Notes: generated by a model from the sequence alone, not told the origin. Shown: positions 1 to 9,989, counted from the first letter of the stretch. The stretch: DNA of 64,000 nucleotides from Dehalococcoidia bacterium (GCA_965247295.1 CBDFGQ010000008.1:64080-128079), one strand, 5' to 3'. Translations and numbers: made by a program.

Positions 1-796
1 CGTCGGCAACGAAGAAGTTGTACAGGTGCCGGCCGATGAAGCGGGCCGTGGCCGGCTGACGGCATACGATGTCTATTATGTCCTCGCCGTTGAAGCTGCC
101 GCTGTGGCCCAGGAACGACTTCTCACCGTCGTCGTGGTCGTCCTCCCTGTACTGGAACTGCCAGTCGAGTCGGCCGTAGGGCCATACCGAGTCTCGTGAT
201 ACCCGGGAGGCGTGCAAGGCGGCGTTCTTGATGGTCCACCCGGTAAAGGCCTGGGAGCACTGCCTCACGTCGTCCTCGGTGTAGTTCCCCACCCCCATTG
301 AGAACAACTCTAGTAGCTCCCGCCCGTAGTTCTCGTTTACACCCGCCCTGTGGTTGTCCTTGTTGTCCAGCCAGAAGATCATCGCCGGGTCCTTGGACAG
401 CTGCAGCAGCAGGGTATGGTAGCTTCCCAACCCATAATGGCGGAACATATCCACCTGGTTGAGGATGGCCTTGGGTTGGTTGAGCTTGGTGTAACCGGTG
501 GCGAAGACGCCATGCCAGAAGAGGGCCAGCTTCTCCTCCAGTGGCCGATTGGTATTGATCATGCGGCATAGCCAGTAGGCCTGGCAGCTTACGTTCGAGA
601 GGAGGTTGTTCTGCCCGACGTGATAGCGCCTGCTGATATCCTCATCAAGGGCGAGAGGCACGTCCTCGGGGTGAAGTAGCTCCTCTACCGTCGCCTCGTA
701 GCCCTTGGCCAGGTAGCCCTCCAGCTCGTCGCGAGTGGCGCCGAACCCAGCCCGGCGCATCAGGTGGGCTATTAAGGCGATGCGCTCGGTTGTCAT
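1..796 (-). CDS. DUF1800 domain protein, partial (C-terminal part lies beyond the window edge; absent from the ORF track because no stop lies in the window)
   Basis: My own minus-strand translation from the ATG at 796-794 (AGGAGGG 6 nt upstream) gives MTTERIALIAHLMRRAGFGATRDELEGYLAKGYEATVEELLHPE...NENYGRELLELFSMGVGNYTEDDV. This is collinear with the DUF1800 protein at 16036-17445 (MAHLMRRAGFGATREELEGYVAQGYEATVEWLLHPE; NENYGRELLELFSIGVG). Confidence 0.8.
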   Translation of the reverse strand, partial: MTTERIALIAHLMRRAGFGATRDELEGYLAKGYEATVEELLHPEDVPLALDEDISRRYHVGQNNLLSNVSCQAYWLCRMINTNRPLEEKLALFWHGVFATGYTKLNQPKAILNQVDMFRHYGLGSYHTLLLQLSKDPAMIFWLDNKDNHRAGVNENYGRELLELFSMGVGNYTEDDVRQCSQAFTGWTIKNAALHASRVSRDSVWPYGRLDWQFQYREDDHDDGEKSFLGHSGSFNGEDIIDIVCRQPATARFIGRHLYNFFVAD

Positions 797-1049
797 GGCG
801 TCCCTCCTGCCTGTCTTTACGCCCCAACTCTTCCATGGGCCTCGGCTCCTCCACGACAGGAAACCGAGGCATCACACATTATAACCGATAGCCGAGCCCC
901 GCCGCCATTACAGACCTGGATTTGCACGGATCAGAAGGTGTGAAAAGCCGCCGCTCGGGGTGTTTCCGGAACGTGGGCAATTCCCGGAGGCCTCCTTTGC
1001 CGCTGTGCAGGCGGGTAATTTGAGGGCGTCGGTGCCTCATTGCTGGGCC

Positions 1050-1886
1050 CTACAGGAATTCGCGCACGGCCTCAAGGTAGCCCTCGGGATTATCCTCAAA
1101 GACCATGTGGCCTGCCTTCGCGACTTCCACCAGTCGGGAGTTGGGTATAACGTCCAGCATCTGCCCGGCCACTTCGGAGGGCAGCAGGTCTGTGTCCGCA
1201 CCCCGGACGATCAGGACCGGGCAGGTGATATTCTTAAGCATGGGCCACAGGTCCGGCGGAGAGGGCGCGGTGCGCTGCCGATTCTGCTCGCGGATTGCGA
1301 TGTCGTAGCGCCACCCCGTCTTGCCGTTGGGCAGCTCCTTTGTCGCGTACTTGAGACGCCTGCGGAGAACCCGGTCAGAGGCGTAACGGTTCTGCCCGCT
1401 CATGTGGGCCACTACAGCCTCGAAGGATTCGAACTCCTCGGGCACACCCAGTATCTCCCGGTGGATGCGCTCGGCGCCCCGGGGGTCGGAGGCGGGCCCC
1501 ACGTCCACCACAACCAGCTTTTGTACCTGTTCGGGATGTCGCGAGGCGTAGACCATGGCATTTCGGCCACCCATGGAGTGGCCCACCAGGACGTAGCTCT
1601 CCAGCGCCAGTGCCTTGGAAAAGCCGGCCAGGTCCGACACGTACGCGTCGGTGGAGTAGTCCTCATCCCCCGCCCAGTCGCTCTCTCCGCGGCCTCGCTG
1701 GTCCAGGGCCAGGACGCGGTACTCCTGGCACATGGCGGCGGAGAAGTCGTCCCACGAGTGGGCGTGGCCCCGCAGTCCGTGCAGCAGGACCATGGGCCGC
1801 CGGTCCGCCGCACCCCATTCCAGGTAGTGCAGCTTCAGCCTGTTCACGCTGACCGTCTTGTCGTGGGGCTGGACCAAAGTAGCCAC
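1050..1886 (-). CDS. alpha/beta-fold hydrolase
   Basis: 278 aa. HG motif (VLLHGLRGH) and nucleophile elbow GHSMGG. GTG start preceded by AGGAGGTG. Confidence 0.9.
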   Translation of the reverse strand: MATLVQPHDKTVSVNRLKLHYLEWGAADRRPMVLLHGLRGHAHSWDDFSAAMCQEYRVLALDQRGRGESDWAGDEDYSTDAYVSDLAGFSKALALESYVLVGHSMGGRNAMVYASRHPEQVQKLVVVDVGPASDPRGAERIHREILGVPEEFESFEAVVAHMSGQNRYASDRVLRRRLKYATKELPNGKTGWRYDIAIREQNRQRTAPSPPDLWPMLKNITCPVLIVRGADTDLLPSEVAGQMLDVIPNSRLVEVAKAGHMVFEDNPEGYLEAVREFL

Positions 1887-1945
1887 GTCGTCACCTCCTG
1901 TTCGTCTTTTGCTTTGTGGCTCACATCTTCAAGACGCAGTTGCTC

Positions 1946-3217
1946 TTAGCGGCCTGTGGGTGGGCCTTCAGGTGAGGCTGATCCTGCCGGCGGAAAGCCG
2001 GTAGGGGAGGAGCCATCCGTTGATGAGGCTTCGCTGGCGCTGGATGCGACTCCGATACCTGCGGCCCACTCTATAGCCTGAAGGAAGAGGTTTAGAGCAT
2101 CTGGGATAGAGCCGTCCAGTAAAGACTCAGTCGAATAGCCGCTGTAGGAGGAAAAGTAGCCAGGTGACAGGTAAACCGCCCTGCCCATCCCGTACTCCCA
2201 TACCGCTACGGCAGGGTTATTGCCGCCGTCTACCGCCAGGAGGGTAGCCCCTTGCTTTATTGGGCCGTAGTCGCTGAATTGGGGAGGCGTAAAGCTCGAG
2301 ATTCCATTCGTGACCGGATGGGAGGTGTCCCCGGTCATCGTAATGAGGCCGCCAAACTGGAGTGATGTCGACGGAGTAACTGGGAGGGTGGCGGCCAGGT
2401 CCCCACCGGCAAGTCCCTGCTTTACTATATTGTCTAAAGCCCAGCCCGTGACTACCACTCCGCCGCCGCTTTGCACCCATTGCTTCAGGGCGGTCTGGAA
2501 TTCGGCATAATCATTGTCGGAGGATCCACTTCCGCCGACGATAACGACGTCGTAGTTAGAAAGGTCTGCCGTGGTGGCTATGGCTGAACCGTCCACCACG
2601 GCGGCGGTGTGACCGCCGGTCTGTATTAACACGTCCCGAATCTTGAAGGCGGACTCGGAGGAAGTTTCGCAGTTCTGAGAGCCGGTGTCACACTCGACGG
2701 CAATATTCAGGGGCCCCGTCGGCGCTCCTCCAGTGGTCCTGGCGCTGAAGATGATGGTTGTCGTCTTGCTGCCCGACGTCGGCTGGGGCATGGTTAGCCC
2801 GAGCCAGCCGGCCGTCGTGTCCCCTGACAGCAGAGTGAAGACGTTATGAGGGTCCGCTGCCAGGGATCCAGTGGTGGGGCCAAACACCGGGATTATGCTA
2901 TCCTGGCCATCGCCCGTTACAATCACCTGCACCTCGCTAGCGGAAAGGTTCTTCACCACAACCGGATGGGTGGGCGTCGAGACGCTACCGAAGAAGTCTA
3001 TGTAGCTGACGCCGAAGTCTATCGAGGTCACCACCGTTGTGCCGTCGGCCTCGTATACCTGGATTGCGTCGCCACTTACGAGGATCGTCCAGGTGGCTGT
3101 GATGGTCCTCTGAAACAACTGTTGGGCGGCGACATAGGTTCCACCAACGGCGGCCGCAAGCACGATGAGTGCGGCCACCACTAATAAAGACCTTCTGAGG
3201 GTCAGGATGCGCTTCAT
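1946..3217 (-). CDS. membrane-anchored/secreted hypothetical protein
   Basis: I chose the ATG at 3217 (GAGGAGG upstream), giving MKRILTLRRSLLVVAALIVLAAAVGG, an N-terminal TM/signal segment. The tail is Ser/Pro-rich. A central stretch (YDVVIVGGSGSSDNDYAEFQTALKQWVQSGGGVVVTGWA) resembles a segment of the subtilase at ~46.5 kb. Function unknown. Confidence 0.6.
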   Translation of the reverse strand: MKRILTLRRSLLVVAALIVLAAAVGGTYVAAQQLFQRTITATWTILVSGDAIQVYEADGTTVVTSIDFGVSYIDFFGSVSTPTHPVVVKNLSASEVQVIVTGDGQDSIIPVFGPTTGSLAADPHNVFTLLSGDTTAGWLGLTMPQPTSGSKTTTIIFSARTTGGAPTGPLNIAVECDTGSQNCETSSESAFKIRDVLIQTGGHTAAVVDGSAIATTADLSNYDVVIVGGSGSSDNDYAEFQTALKQWVQSGGGVVVTGWALDNIVKQGLAGGDLAATLPVTPSTSLQFGGLITMTGDTSHPVTNGISSFTPPQFSDYGPIKQGATLLAVDGGNNPAVAVWEYGMGRAVYLSPGYFSSYSGYSTESLLDGSIPDALNLFLQAIEWAAGIGVASSASEASSTDGSSPTGFPPAGSASPEGPPTGR

Positions 3218-3437
3218 TCCTACCTCCTCGCCTCGCGGTCTCAGCCACCGCCCAGCCGCTCCCACTGCTCAGCCAGGCACGAATTCGCTGCTAGAGTAGC
3301 CGTGACGTGGAAGCCGTGGGCACATGCTAGCATGTCCCAACACCCACCACAATCGGGCCGTTTGACATGAGTGCGGCAGGGGGGTACCCTAACCGTGTTC
3401 TCGGCGACGAGGATGAGCTGCTGGAGAGGAGAGTGCA

Positions 3438-4988
3438 ATGGCTTCGTCGTTGGTGCGTGGTAAATACGTCATTTGCAAGATCACGGGCCCCAACTCGGCG
3501 GATGTAGTGTCCGATGGGGCGGTTTACCAGAGGGACGGGGAGATCGTTGAGGTCGGAGGTTACGACGATCTGAAGGCCAGGCACCCCGATGTGGAGGTGA
3601 TCGGCTCTTCCAGGTACGTGGTCATGCCCGGGCTGGTCAACGACCATTTTCACGTGGGCCTGACCCCCTTTCAGCTTGGTGCGCCGGACCTACCATTGGA
3701 GATGTGGGGCCTGGCAACAATGGGCAGGGTGTATAGCAGGCAGGTGGACCCCTATCTGGACCAGATATACGGCGCCGTCCAGATGATCGAGTCGGGGACT
3801 ACCACAGTCCAGGCGATCCACGGTGCAGCGCGGGGCGCCCCGCCCATGAACCCGGATACGGCGGACAGGGCAATCAAGGCTTTCCAAGAGTCGGGTATGC
3901 GGGTATCCTACTGTCCCGTCGTAGCCGACCAGAACTCCCTCGTCTCCCTGGGCACCGAGGCTGGGTTCGCGGCGACCCTGCCCGGAGAGCTGGCGGAGCG
4001 TTTTTCCTCGTTCATGGCCCGGGGGTATCGGCCCATCGAGGAGTCGATGGCGGGATTCGACGAGATTCATGCGAGGTGGGGAAACCGCGATGAGCGGGTT
4101 CGGCTGACTCTGGCGCCCAGCAACGTGCACCGCTGCTCCGATGCCCTCCTGGTTGCCTGCAAGGAGATGGCTACCAAGTACAATTTAGGCATTCACATCC
4201 ACCTCCAGGAAAGCGTCTACCAGAAGCTGGAGGGGCTGCGTGTTTGGAACAAGACCCCCTTGCAGCACCTCCACGACCTGGGCTTTTTGGGGTCCGACAT
4301 AGTGTGCGGCCACAGCGTCTGGGTGACCGATGAGGACATCGAGCTGATGGCGGCGACGGGGACCAACGTCTGCCACAACGCCAGCTCGAATCTGAGGCTT
4401 AAGAGTGGTATCGCCCCGGTGGGGCCGCTGCTCAAGAAGGGAATCAGGATAGCCATAGGTAGCGACGAGGCGGGGCTGAACGACGACAAGGACCTGTTCC
4501 AGGAGATGCGGCTGGTGCTGAAGATACACCGAGTGCCCGGCGTGGAGAACGTGCCGCCCACGTCCTACCAGGTGTTTCAGATGGCCACGGAGAACGGGGC
4601 CTATGCCAGCTGGTTCGGGGACCGGGTGGGTACGCTGGAGCCCGGGAAGCGTGCGGACATAGTGCTGATGGACCTGAGAAACATAGAGGAGCCGTACCTG
4701 GACCCCGAGGTTTCCGTGGTGGACGCGGTGGTGCACCGTGGGCGGAGCCTGGACGTGGACACGGTTCTGGTGGATGGCGAGGTGGTGATGAGGGATAGGA
4801 AGCTGACCAAGGTCGACAAGGAGGCCCTCTTCAAGGAGCTTAAAGAGGTCCTCAGCCGTCCTCCCTCCGCCCACCGAGTTGAGACGCGGGACATGGCGGA
4901 GCAGCTGGAGCCCTACCTGAGGCGCTTCTACGAAGGCACGATCCCCGCGGGCATGACGCCCCATTCGGTCTATAACGCCAGGTCCTGA
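3438..4988 (+). CDS. amidohydrolase-superfamily enzyme, paralog P1 (chlorohydrolase/deaminase-like)
   Basis: 516 aa. Metal-ligand motifs: HxH (PGLVNDHFHVGL), HIHLQES, CGHSVW and GSDEAGLNDD. RBS GGAGAGGAGAG. Collinear over its full length with the ORFs at 5886, 10029 and 20245. Confidence 0.9.
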   Translation: MASSLVRGKYVICKITGPNSADVVSDGAVYQRDGEIVEVGGYDDLKARHPDVEVIGSSRYVVMPGLVNDHFHVGLTPFQLGAPDLPLEMWGLATMGRVYSRQVDPYLDQIYGAVQMIESGTTTVQAIHGAARGAPPMNPDTADRAIKAFQESGMRVSYCPVVADQNSLVSLGTEAGFAATLPGELAERFSSFMARGYRPIEESMAGFDEIHARWGNRDERVRLTLAPSNVHRCSDALLVACKEMATKYNLGIHIHLQESVYQKLEGLRVWNKTPLQHLHDLGFLGSDIVCGHSVWVTDEDIELMAATGTNVCHNASSNLRLKSGIAPVGPLLKKGIRIAIGSDEAGLNDDKDLFQEMRLVLKIHRVPGVENVPPTSYQVFQMATENGAYASWFGDRVGTLEPGKRADIVLMDLRNIEEPYLDPEVSVVDAVVHRGRSLDVDTVLVDGEVVMRDRKLTKVDKEALFKELKEVLSRPPSAHRVETRDMAEQLEPYLRRFYEGTIPAGMTPHSVYNARS

Positions 4989-5066
4989 ACCAGTGAAATG
5001 ACCCTTCCACCAGACCCTGTGGTTACGTTAACGTCATGAAGCCGGATCGTAGCCGGGGGAGGTGCA

Positions 5067-5774
5067 GTGACTACAGAGATCGGCGTCAAATATACGACGA
5101 TGATTCGCGACTTGCCTCGGAGCGAGCGTCCGAGAGAACGGTTGCTGGAATACGGTCCAAGCTATCTGAGCAACGCCGAGCTCATCGCCATCCTCCTTCG
5201 CACTGGAGTGGCGGGAGAGAACGTCCTCAATCTGGCCGTGCGGCTCCTTTCGCAGTTCCAGGGGTTGCCTGGTCTCGCCCGTGCCGCATCTGCCGAGCTG
5301 TGTTCCCTTAAGGGCATCAGCGGGGCTAAGGCTGCCCAGCTTCTGGCCGCCTTTGAGCTAGGACGACGGCAGGTGTCCCTACAGCCCGAAGATGGGACGA
5401 CAATCACCTGTCCTCAAGACGTAGCCAACCTACTGGGCGCGGAGATGGCTCTCCTGGACCAGGAGCATCTGCGCGTGTTGCATCTGGATACTAAGAACCA
5501 TGTGACGCGGGTCAACGAGATCTATGTAGGTAACGTGAACTCCTCGGTGGTCCGTGCCGCGGAGGTATTCAGGCCCGCCATTCGCGACAACTCGGTGGCG
5601 ATAATCGTCGTGCATAACCATCCCTCCGGCGACCCCATGCCTAGCCGCGAGGACATTGACATAACATCGCAGCTGAAGGGCTCCGGCGAGCTCCTGGGAG
5701 TTGAGCTGCTGGACCATATCATTCTGGCGGGTCAGCGGCACGTGAGCCTGAAAGAACGAGGCCTGGGTTTTTAG
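5067..5774 (+). CDS. radC: RadC-family JAB/MPN domain protein
   Basis: 235 aa. N-terminal motif LPRSERPRERLLEYGPSYLSNAELIAILLRTG and JAMM motif HNHPSGDPMPSREDIDIT. Confidence 0.9.
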   Translation: MTTEIGVKYTTMIRDLPRSERPRERLLEYGPSYLSNAELIAILLRTGVAGENVLNLAVRLLSQFQGLPGLARAASAELCSLKGISGAKAAQLLAAFELGRRQVSLQPEDGTTITCPQDVANLLGAEMALLDQEHLRVLHLDTKNHVTRVNEIYVGNVNSSVVRAAEVFRPAIRDNSVAIIVVHNHPSGDPMPSREDIDITSQLKGSGELLGVELLDHIILAGQRHVSLKERGLGF

Positions 5775-5885
5775 GGACGTTACACGACCGCTCCATATGA
5801 TATTCACTTAATGAATAATAAATAACGGATAATGTAAAGCTGCCCTCTGTCGTCTGGGCCTGGACAACGATAGCGGAGGAGAGAG

Positions 5886-7436
5886 ATGAGCTCAAGTCTG
5901 ATCAGGGGAAAGTACCTCATATGCAAAATAACCGGCCCCGACTCTGCGGAGGTGGTCTACGATGGCGCCGTGTACCAGCGGGACGGGGAGATTATGGAGA
6001 TCGGCAAGTACGAGGACCTGAGGGCGCTGCACCCTGACGAGGAGGTTATAGGCTCCTCAAACCACTTGGTGATGCCTGGGCTGGTTAACGACCACTTCCA
6101 TGTCGGCCTTTCGCCCTTCCAGATGGGGGCTCCCGATCTTCCCCTGGAGCTGTGGGGACTCCACCTCATGGGTGCCAGGCGCGTGGACCCCTACCTGGAC
6201 CAGCTCTACGGGGCGGTGCAGATGATCGAGTCGGGGACAACCACCGTGCAGGCCATACACGCAGGCGGGCGAGGGCTGGAGCCCCTGACCACGGAGGTAG
6301 CCGACAAAGTGGTGAAGGCGTACATGGACTCGGGGATGCGCGTCTCCTACGCCCCCATCTCGGTCAACAAGAACTCGCTGGTGGCCGGTGCTGGCGGTGG
6401 GGAGGATGATTTCATCGCCCAGCTGCCCGAAGAGCTGGCCCGGAGAATGGGCACCTTCATGGCACGAAAGTACGAGCCCCTGGAAGAGACTTTGGGCAAG
6501 CTTGAGGATATTTCCGCCAAGTACGGCAACAACCGCTACGAGCGGGTTCGAGTCATCATGGCACCCAGCAATGTCACCAGGTGCACCGACGACCTTCTGG
6601 AGGCCTACAAGCGTATGGCCACACGGTACAACACGGGCATTCACATTAACATCACGGAAACGGTGTATCAGAAGCTCTACGGGCTCCACACGTGGGGTGT
6701 GACCCCCCTCCAGCACCTCCAGGACCTGGGCTTCCTCGGCCCGGAGGTGACATGCGGCCACAGCGTTTGGGTGACCGATGAGGACATAGAGCTGATGGCG
6801 GCGACAGGCGTAACCGTCTGCACCAACACCAGCTCGAACATTCGGATCAAGAGCGGAATCGCCCCGATAAGCGGGATTTTGGCCCGTGGCATCCCCATTG
6901 CGATGGGCAGCGACGAGGCCGGGCTAAACGATGACAAGGACCTGCTTCAAGAGATGCGGCTGGTGCTGAAGCTGCACCGCGTCCCCGGCGTGGAGAATGT
7001 CCCCCCTACGGCGCACCAGGTGTTTCAGATGGCCACGGTCAACGGTGCCCGCGCCAGCATGTTCGGTGACCGCATCGGCGCACTCGAACGGGGCAAGAGG
7101 GCGGACATAGTGCTGATGAACTTGAGAAACATCGAGGAACCCTACCTGGACCCCGAGGTGTCCATGGTAGACGCCCTGGTGCACCGGGGGCGAAGTATTG
7201 ACGTCGATACCGTCATAGTCGACGGCGAGGTGCTGATGCGGGACAGGAAGCTCACGCGGATCGACAAGGAGGGCCTGTTCAAGGAGCTGAGGGAGGCACT
7301 GGACCGCCCTCTGGAGCCCGATGAGTTGGAACGGCGGTCCTTGAACAGAGACGTTGCACCGCACTTGAGTCGCTATCTAGAGGGCACCATGCCCGCGGAC
7401 GTCACTCCACATACCATTTACAACGCCCGGACGTAA
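5886..7436 (+). CDS. amidohydrolase-superfamily enzyme, paralog P2
   Basis: 516 aa with the same motif set as P1 (PGLVNDHFHVGL, HINITETVYQ, CGHSVW, GSDEAGLNDD). It is the most diverged of the four at the DNA level. Confidence 0.9.
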   Translation: MSSSLIRGKYLICKITGPDSAEVVYDGAVYQRDGEIMEIGKYEDLRALHPDEEVIGSSNHLVMPGLVNDHFHVGLSPFQMGAPDLPLELWGLHLMGARRVDPYLDQLYGAVQMIESGTTTVQAIHAGGRGLEPLTTEVADKVVKAYMDSGMRVSYAPISVNKNSLVAGAGGGEDDFIAQLPEELARRMGTFMARKYEPLEETLGKLEDISAKYGNNRYERVRVIMAPSNVTRCTDDLLEAYKRMATRYNTGIHINITETVYQKLYGLHTWGVTPLQHLQDLGFLGPEVTCGHSVWVTDEDIELMAATGVTVCTNTSSNIRIKSGIAPISGILARGIPIAMGSDEAGLNDDKDLLQEMRLVLKLHRVPGVENVPPTAHQVFQMATVNGARASMFGDRIGALERGKRADIVLMNLRNIEEPYLDPEVSMVDALVHRGRSIDVDTVIVDGEVLMRDRKLTRIDKEGLFKELREALDRPLEPDELERRSLNRDVAPHLSRYLEGTMPADVTPHTIYNART

Positions 7437-7683
7437 CGGGCTTACGATAAACAAGAAGTGCAGAGGGGTGATTCCCATCTGCCGGGATTCTGAGATGTCC
7501 CTCAAATATAAATTGCCCATCCTGGCGAAGAGGAGTCCAAGGCCGATGATACCTCGCTCATCGAAAATCTGGGGTTAGTCGTAGGGGATGGTAGGAGGGG
7601 TTCTCGGTACCCTGCTACCCGGTATCCGAGCGGTGTGATGTCGAGTAACTCGAACCTGGCAATGGTGTTCCCGTCGGGACATG

Positions 7684-7713
7684 TTGACAGTCCCATATGA
7701 ACTGTGCTACTTT
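7684..7713 (+). promoter_or_regulatory. candidate sigma70-type promoter of SBP1 (TTGACAG ... TGTG-C-TACTTT)
   Basis: TTGACA at 7684-7689 and TGTG plus TACTTT at 7703-7713. The same layout (TTGACAG-N13-TGTG-n-TAnnnT) recurs upstream of the two other SBP paralogs, at 11989 and 21967. Confidence 0.4.
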
Positions 7714-7754
7714 GTCATGCGAACTCCCAAAGTAGGTAGTATGGAGGCGTGATC

Positions 7755-9740
7755 ATGGGCTATCGTAGTGCGCTAACATCGAAATGGCTTCTCCTGGTAC
7801 CACTACTGGCAGTGCTGATAATGGCGGTGGCGTGTGGGGAGGAGGGGACGCCCGTCATCATCGAGAAGCAGGTGGTGGTTGAGAAGGAGGTTATCAAAGA
7901 GGTACCTGTAATTAAGGAAGTGGTAGTAGAGAAGGAGATTATCAAAGAGGTTATCAAAGAGGTACCTGTGGAAGTGGAGAAGGAAGTGGTGGTGGTGAAG
8001 GAGATTATCGTAGAGGTGCCGGTCGAAAAGATTATCGAGATCGTGACGACCCCGATAGCGGCGCCCAGGGCGGCGATAAGGATACCCGCCTACGTGAAGA
8101 AAGCCAAGTACGGCGGGACCCCGGCCTTTGCGGCGACATCGGACCCCGGGTTCCTGGACCTCCATTTCTCCGCCAGCATTAACTCCGGGCTGGTCGTGGG
8201 TGGTCCCAGGTTCAACCAGCTCGTGGAGTTCAACCCGGTGAATTGGAGCGAGATACAGGGGGACCTGGCCACAACGTGGGACCTGCGCGCGGACGGGAGG
8301 ACCTACACCTTCTTCCTCCACCCAGACGCCAAGTGGACCGACGGCAAGCCCGTCACGGCCGAGGACGTGGTGTTTAGCCTGGACCGGGTGGTGGATCCGG
8401 ACGCGATAAGGCCGAGGGCCGGCGGGGCTCTGAGGCCCTTCTATACTGCCGGCAACGCCAGGGCAATAGACGCCAGTATCGTGGAGATGACCACCAAGTT
8501 TCCCTCGACGGCCTTCTTGTCGGGGCTGGCCTTTGACTACGTAAAGATATATCCCAAACACATAGCGGAACAGCTCAGCCAGGATGACATGAACTGCTGC
8601 TACGAGAACATGCTTGGGTCGGGCCCCTGGATGGTCAAAAAATTTGAGCGGGGAAGTGTCATAGAATGGGAGAAGAACCCCAACTACTTCAAGGAGGGCT
8701 TGCCCTTCTGGGATGGCTGGAACTCCTTCCTTATCAAGGACCGGGTCAGGGCTCTAGCCGGCATGAAGACCGAGCAGGTGATGGGGTGGACGGCAATCAT
8801 CCAGTCCAGCCCCACATTCGATTTGTACCAGCAGCTGGAAAAAGACACCGGCGGCAAGGTGAAGGCGATCCAGGTGCAGGGCTCTACTCACCTTGGTATC
8901 CACACCAACCATACCAAGCCGCCCTTCGACGACGTAAGGGTTCGGAAGGCACTTCAGATGGCGGTGGACAGGGTGGAGATAATCAAGACCGCCTACAAGG
9001 GGTTCGGGCGACAGGCGACCTACTTGCCTGGAGGTACATCCATAGCTGACGCCGAAGCCAACTGGGCTGGGTGGCGGTACGTGGACTCCAGCGGGAACCT
9101 AATAACCACGGACCCGGTGAAGGTAGTGGGGGCCCAAAAGCACCCCGACGACATAGCCGAGGCCAAAGCGCTGGTAAAAGCGGCGGGTGCCGAGAACTTC
9201 AAGGGCAGAATGATCAGTACTCAGGACCCCGCCGCTGGACAAGTTGCTGTCCTCCTCGCCAGGCAGCTAAAAGAGCTCTTCGGCTGGGACATGAGTGTCG
9301 ACGTTATGGACCTGCCTGCCTATTCCATTGAGCGAAACGAAGGCAGGTTTAATATGCACGGAGCGGGTCACGGTATGGAGCTTAACGACCCCAATGCCCT
9401 GCTGACGCAGATGCACCTGGAGGGTGGTGGCAGGAACCAGCAGAACTGGCACGACGAGCGGATCGACAAGCTCTTCGTGGAACAGAACCAGGCCCTGAAC
9501 GCCGATGCCCGGAAGGCAAAGATCCTGGAGATAGAAAAGATCATGGTGGATGAGGGGATTTCTCAGTGGACCCCCATTGCGTGGCTGCCAGTCAATGGGG
9601 CGATGAACGTCAAGATAAGGAACTACTTCCTGCCGGCTCCCACCGACGTGGCCAGCGCATGGAATATCCAGGCTAACAGCAAAAAGGAGCACATGTGGTT
9701 GGACCCTGACGCCAAGGCCGACTGGGGTCTGGGAAACTAG
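7755..9740 (+). CDS. ABC transporter substrate-binding lipoprotein, family 5 (peptide/nickel, DppA/OppA-like), SBP1
   Basis: I prefer the ATG at 7755 (GGAGGCGTGATC-ATG, identical context to SBP3). Lipobox-like IMAVAC-GEE, then an (V/I)EKEV tether, then a family-5 SBP core (DGKPVTAEDVVFSLDR, WEKNPNYFKEGLPFWDG). Confidence 0.9.
   Translation: MGYRSALTSKWLLLVPLLAVLIMAVACGEEGTPVIIEKQVVVEKEVIKEVPVIKEVVVEKEIIKEVIKEVPVEVEKEVVVVKEIIVEVPVEKIIEIVTTPIAAPRAAIRIPAYVKKAKYGGTPAFAATSDPGFLDLHFSASINSGLVVGGPRFNQLVEFNPVNWSEIQGDLATTWDLRADGRTYTFFLHPDAKWTDGKPVTAEDVVFSLDRVVDPDAIRPRAGGALRPFYTAGNARAIDASIVEMTTKFPSTAFLSGLAFDYVKIYPKHIAEQLSQDDMNCCYENMLGSGPWMVKKFERGSVIEWEKNPNYFKEGLPFWDGWNSFLIKDRVRALAGMKTEQVMGWTAIIQSSPTFDLYQQLEKDTGGKVKAIQVQGSTHLGIHTNHTKPPFDDVRVRKALQMAVDRVEIIKTAYKGFGRQATYLPGGTSIADAEANWAGWRYVDSSGNLITTDPVKVVGAQKHPDDIAEAKALVKAAGAENFKGRMISTQDPAAGQVAVLLARQLKELFGWDMSVDVMDLPAYSIERNEGRFNMHGAGHGMELNDPNALLTQMHLEGGGRNQQNWHDERIDKLFVEQNQALNADARKAKILEIEKIMVDEGISQWTPIAWLPVNGAMNVKIRNYFLPAPTDVASAWNIQANSKKEHMWLDPDAKADWGLGN
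7851..8045 (+). repeat. in-frame low-complexity (V/I)-E-K-E-V tether repeat inside SBP1 (~65 aa)
   Basis: PVIIEKQVVVEKEVIKEVPVIKEVVVEKEIIKEVIKEVPVEVEKEVVVVKEIIVEVPVEKIIEIV. Degenerate gagaaggaggttatcaaagaggtacct units are visible in the DNA. Confidence 0.85.
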
Positions 9741-9829
9741 CAGCGCCCACGACTTAGCTGGAGGCCCGGTGGGACCATGTCGCGGGTCAGACCCGGACGC
9801 TCCACCGATGTAGAGTGGTGAGTCAAACA

Positions 9830-9873
9830 CAGTTGGCTCTATGCGGGAAACGCATAGAGCCAACTGGTTTTCT
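9830..9873 (+). terminator. intrinsic terminator after SBP1
   Basis: Perfect 16-bp stem CAGTTGGCTCTATGCG / CGCATAGAGCCAACTG, loop GGAAA, followed by GTTTTCT. Confidence 0.8.
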
Positions 9874-9960
9874 CCGGGGTCCTCTCCGCGGAGACAAGCA
9901 GGTTCTCGCTGTCCTGTCGTGGCTATCCTGGGGAAGTCGCTACCTTTTGGCAGCCGAATC

Positions 9961-9989
9961 TTGACACCTGTACACCAGTGTGTGATGAT
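9961..9989 (+). promoter_or_regulatory. candidate promoter of P3 (TTGACA-17-GATGAT with upstream TGTG)
   Basis: ttgacacctgtacaccagtgtgtgatgat. The whole 70-bp upstream region is duplicated almost exactly in front of P4 (20177-20244). Confidence 0.4.

Noticed and set aside
960-1949. Long ORFs antisense to the alpha/beta hydrolase, the amidohydrolases (for example 4185-4964, 6057-6761, 10596-11120, 20806-21330), the subtilase (43048-44268) and others.
   Set aside because: All overlap genes with clear family motifs on the other strand and none has a motif of its own. The identical pairs (10596/20806) simply reflect the P3/P4 duplication.
7851-8045. The short periodic DNA repeats in the SBP genes and in the PT-linker regions (34130-34500, 47780-47990), considered as possible CRISPR or other non-coding arrays.
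   Set aside because: They lie in frame within long ORFs, have no unique spacers of constant length, and encode low-complexity linkers. No cas genes are present.
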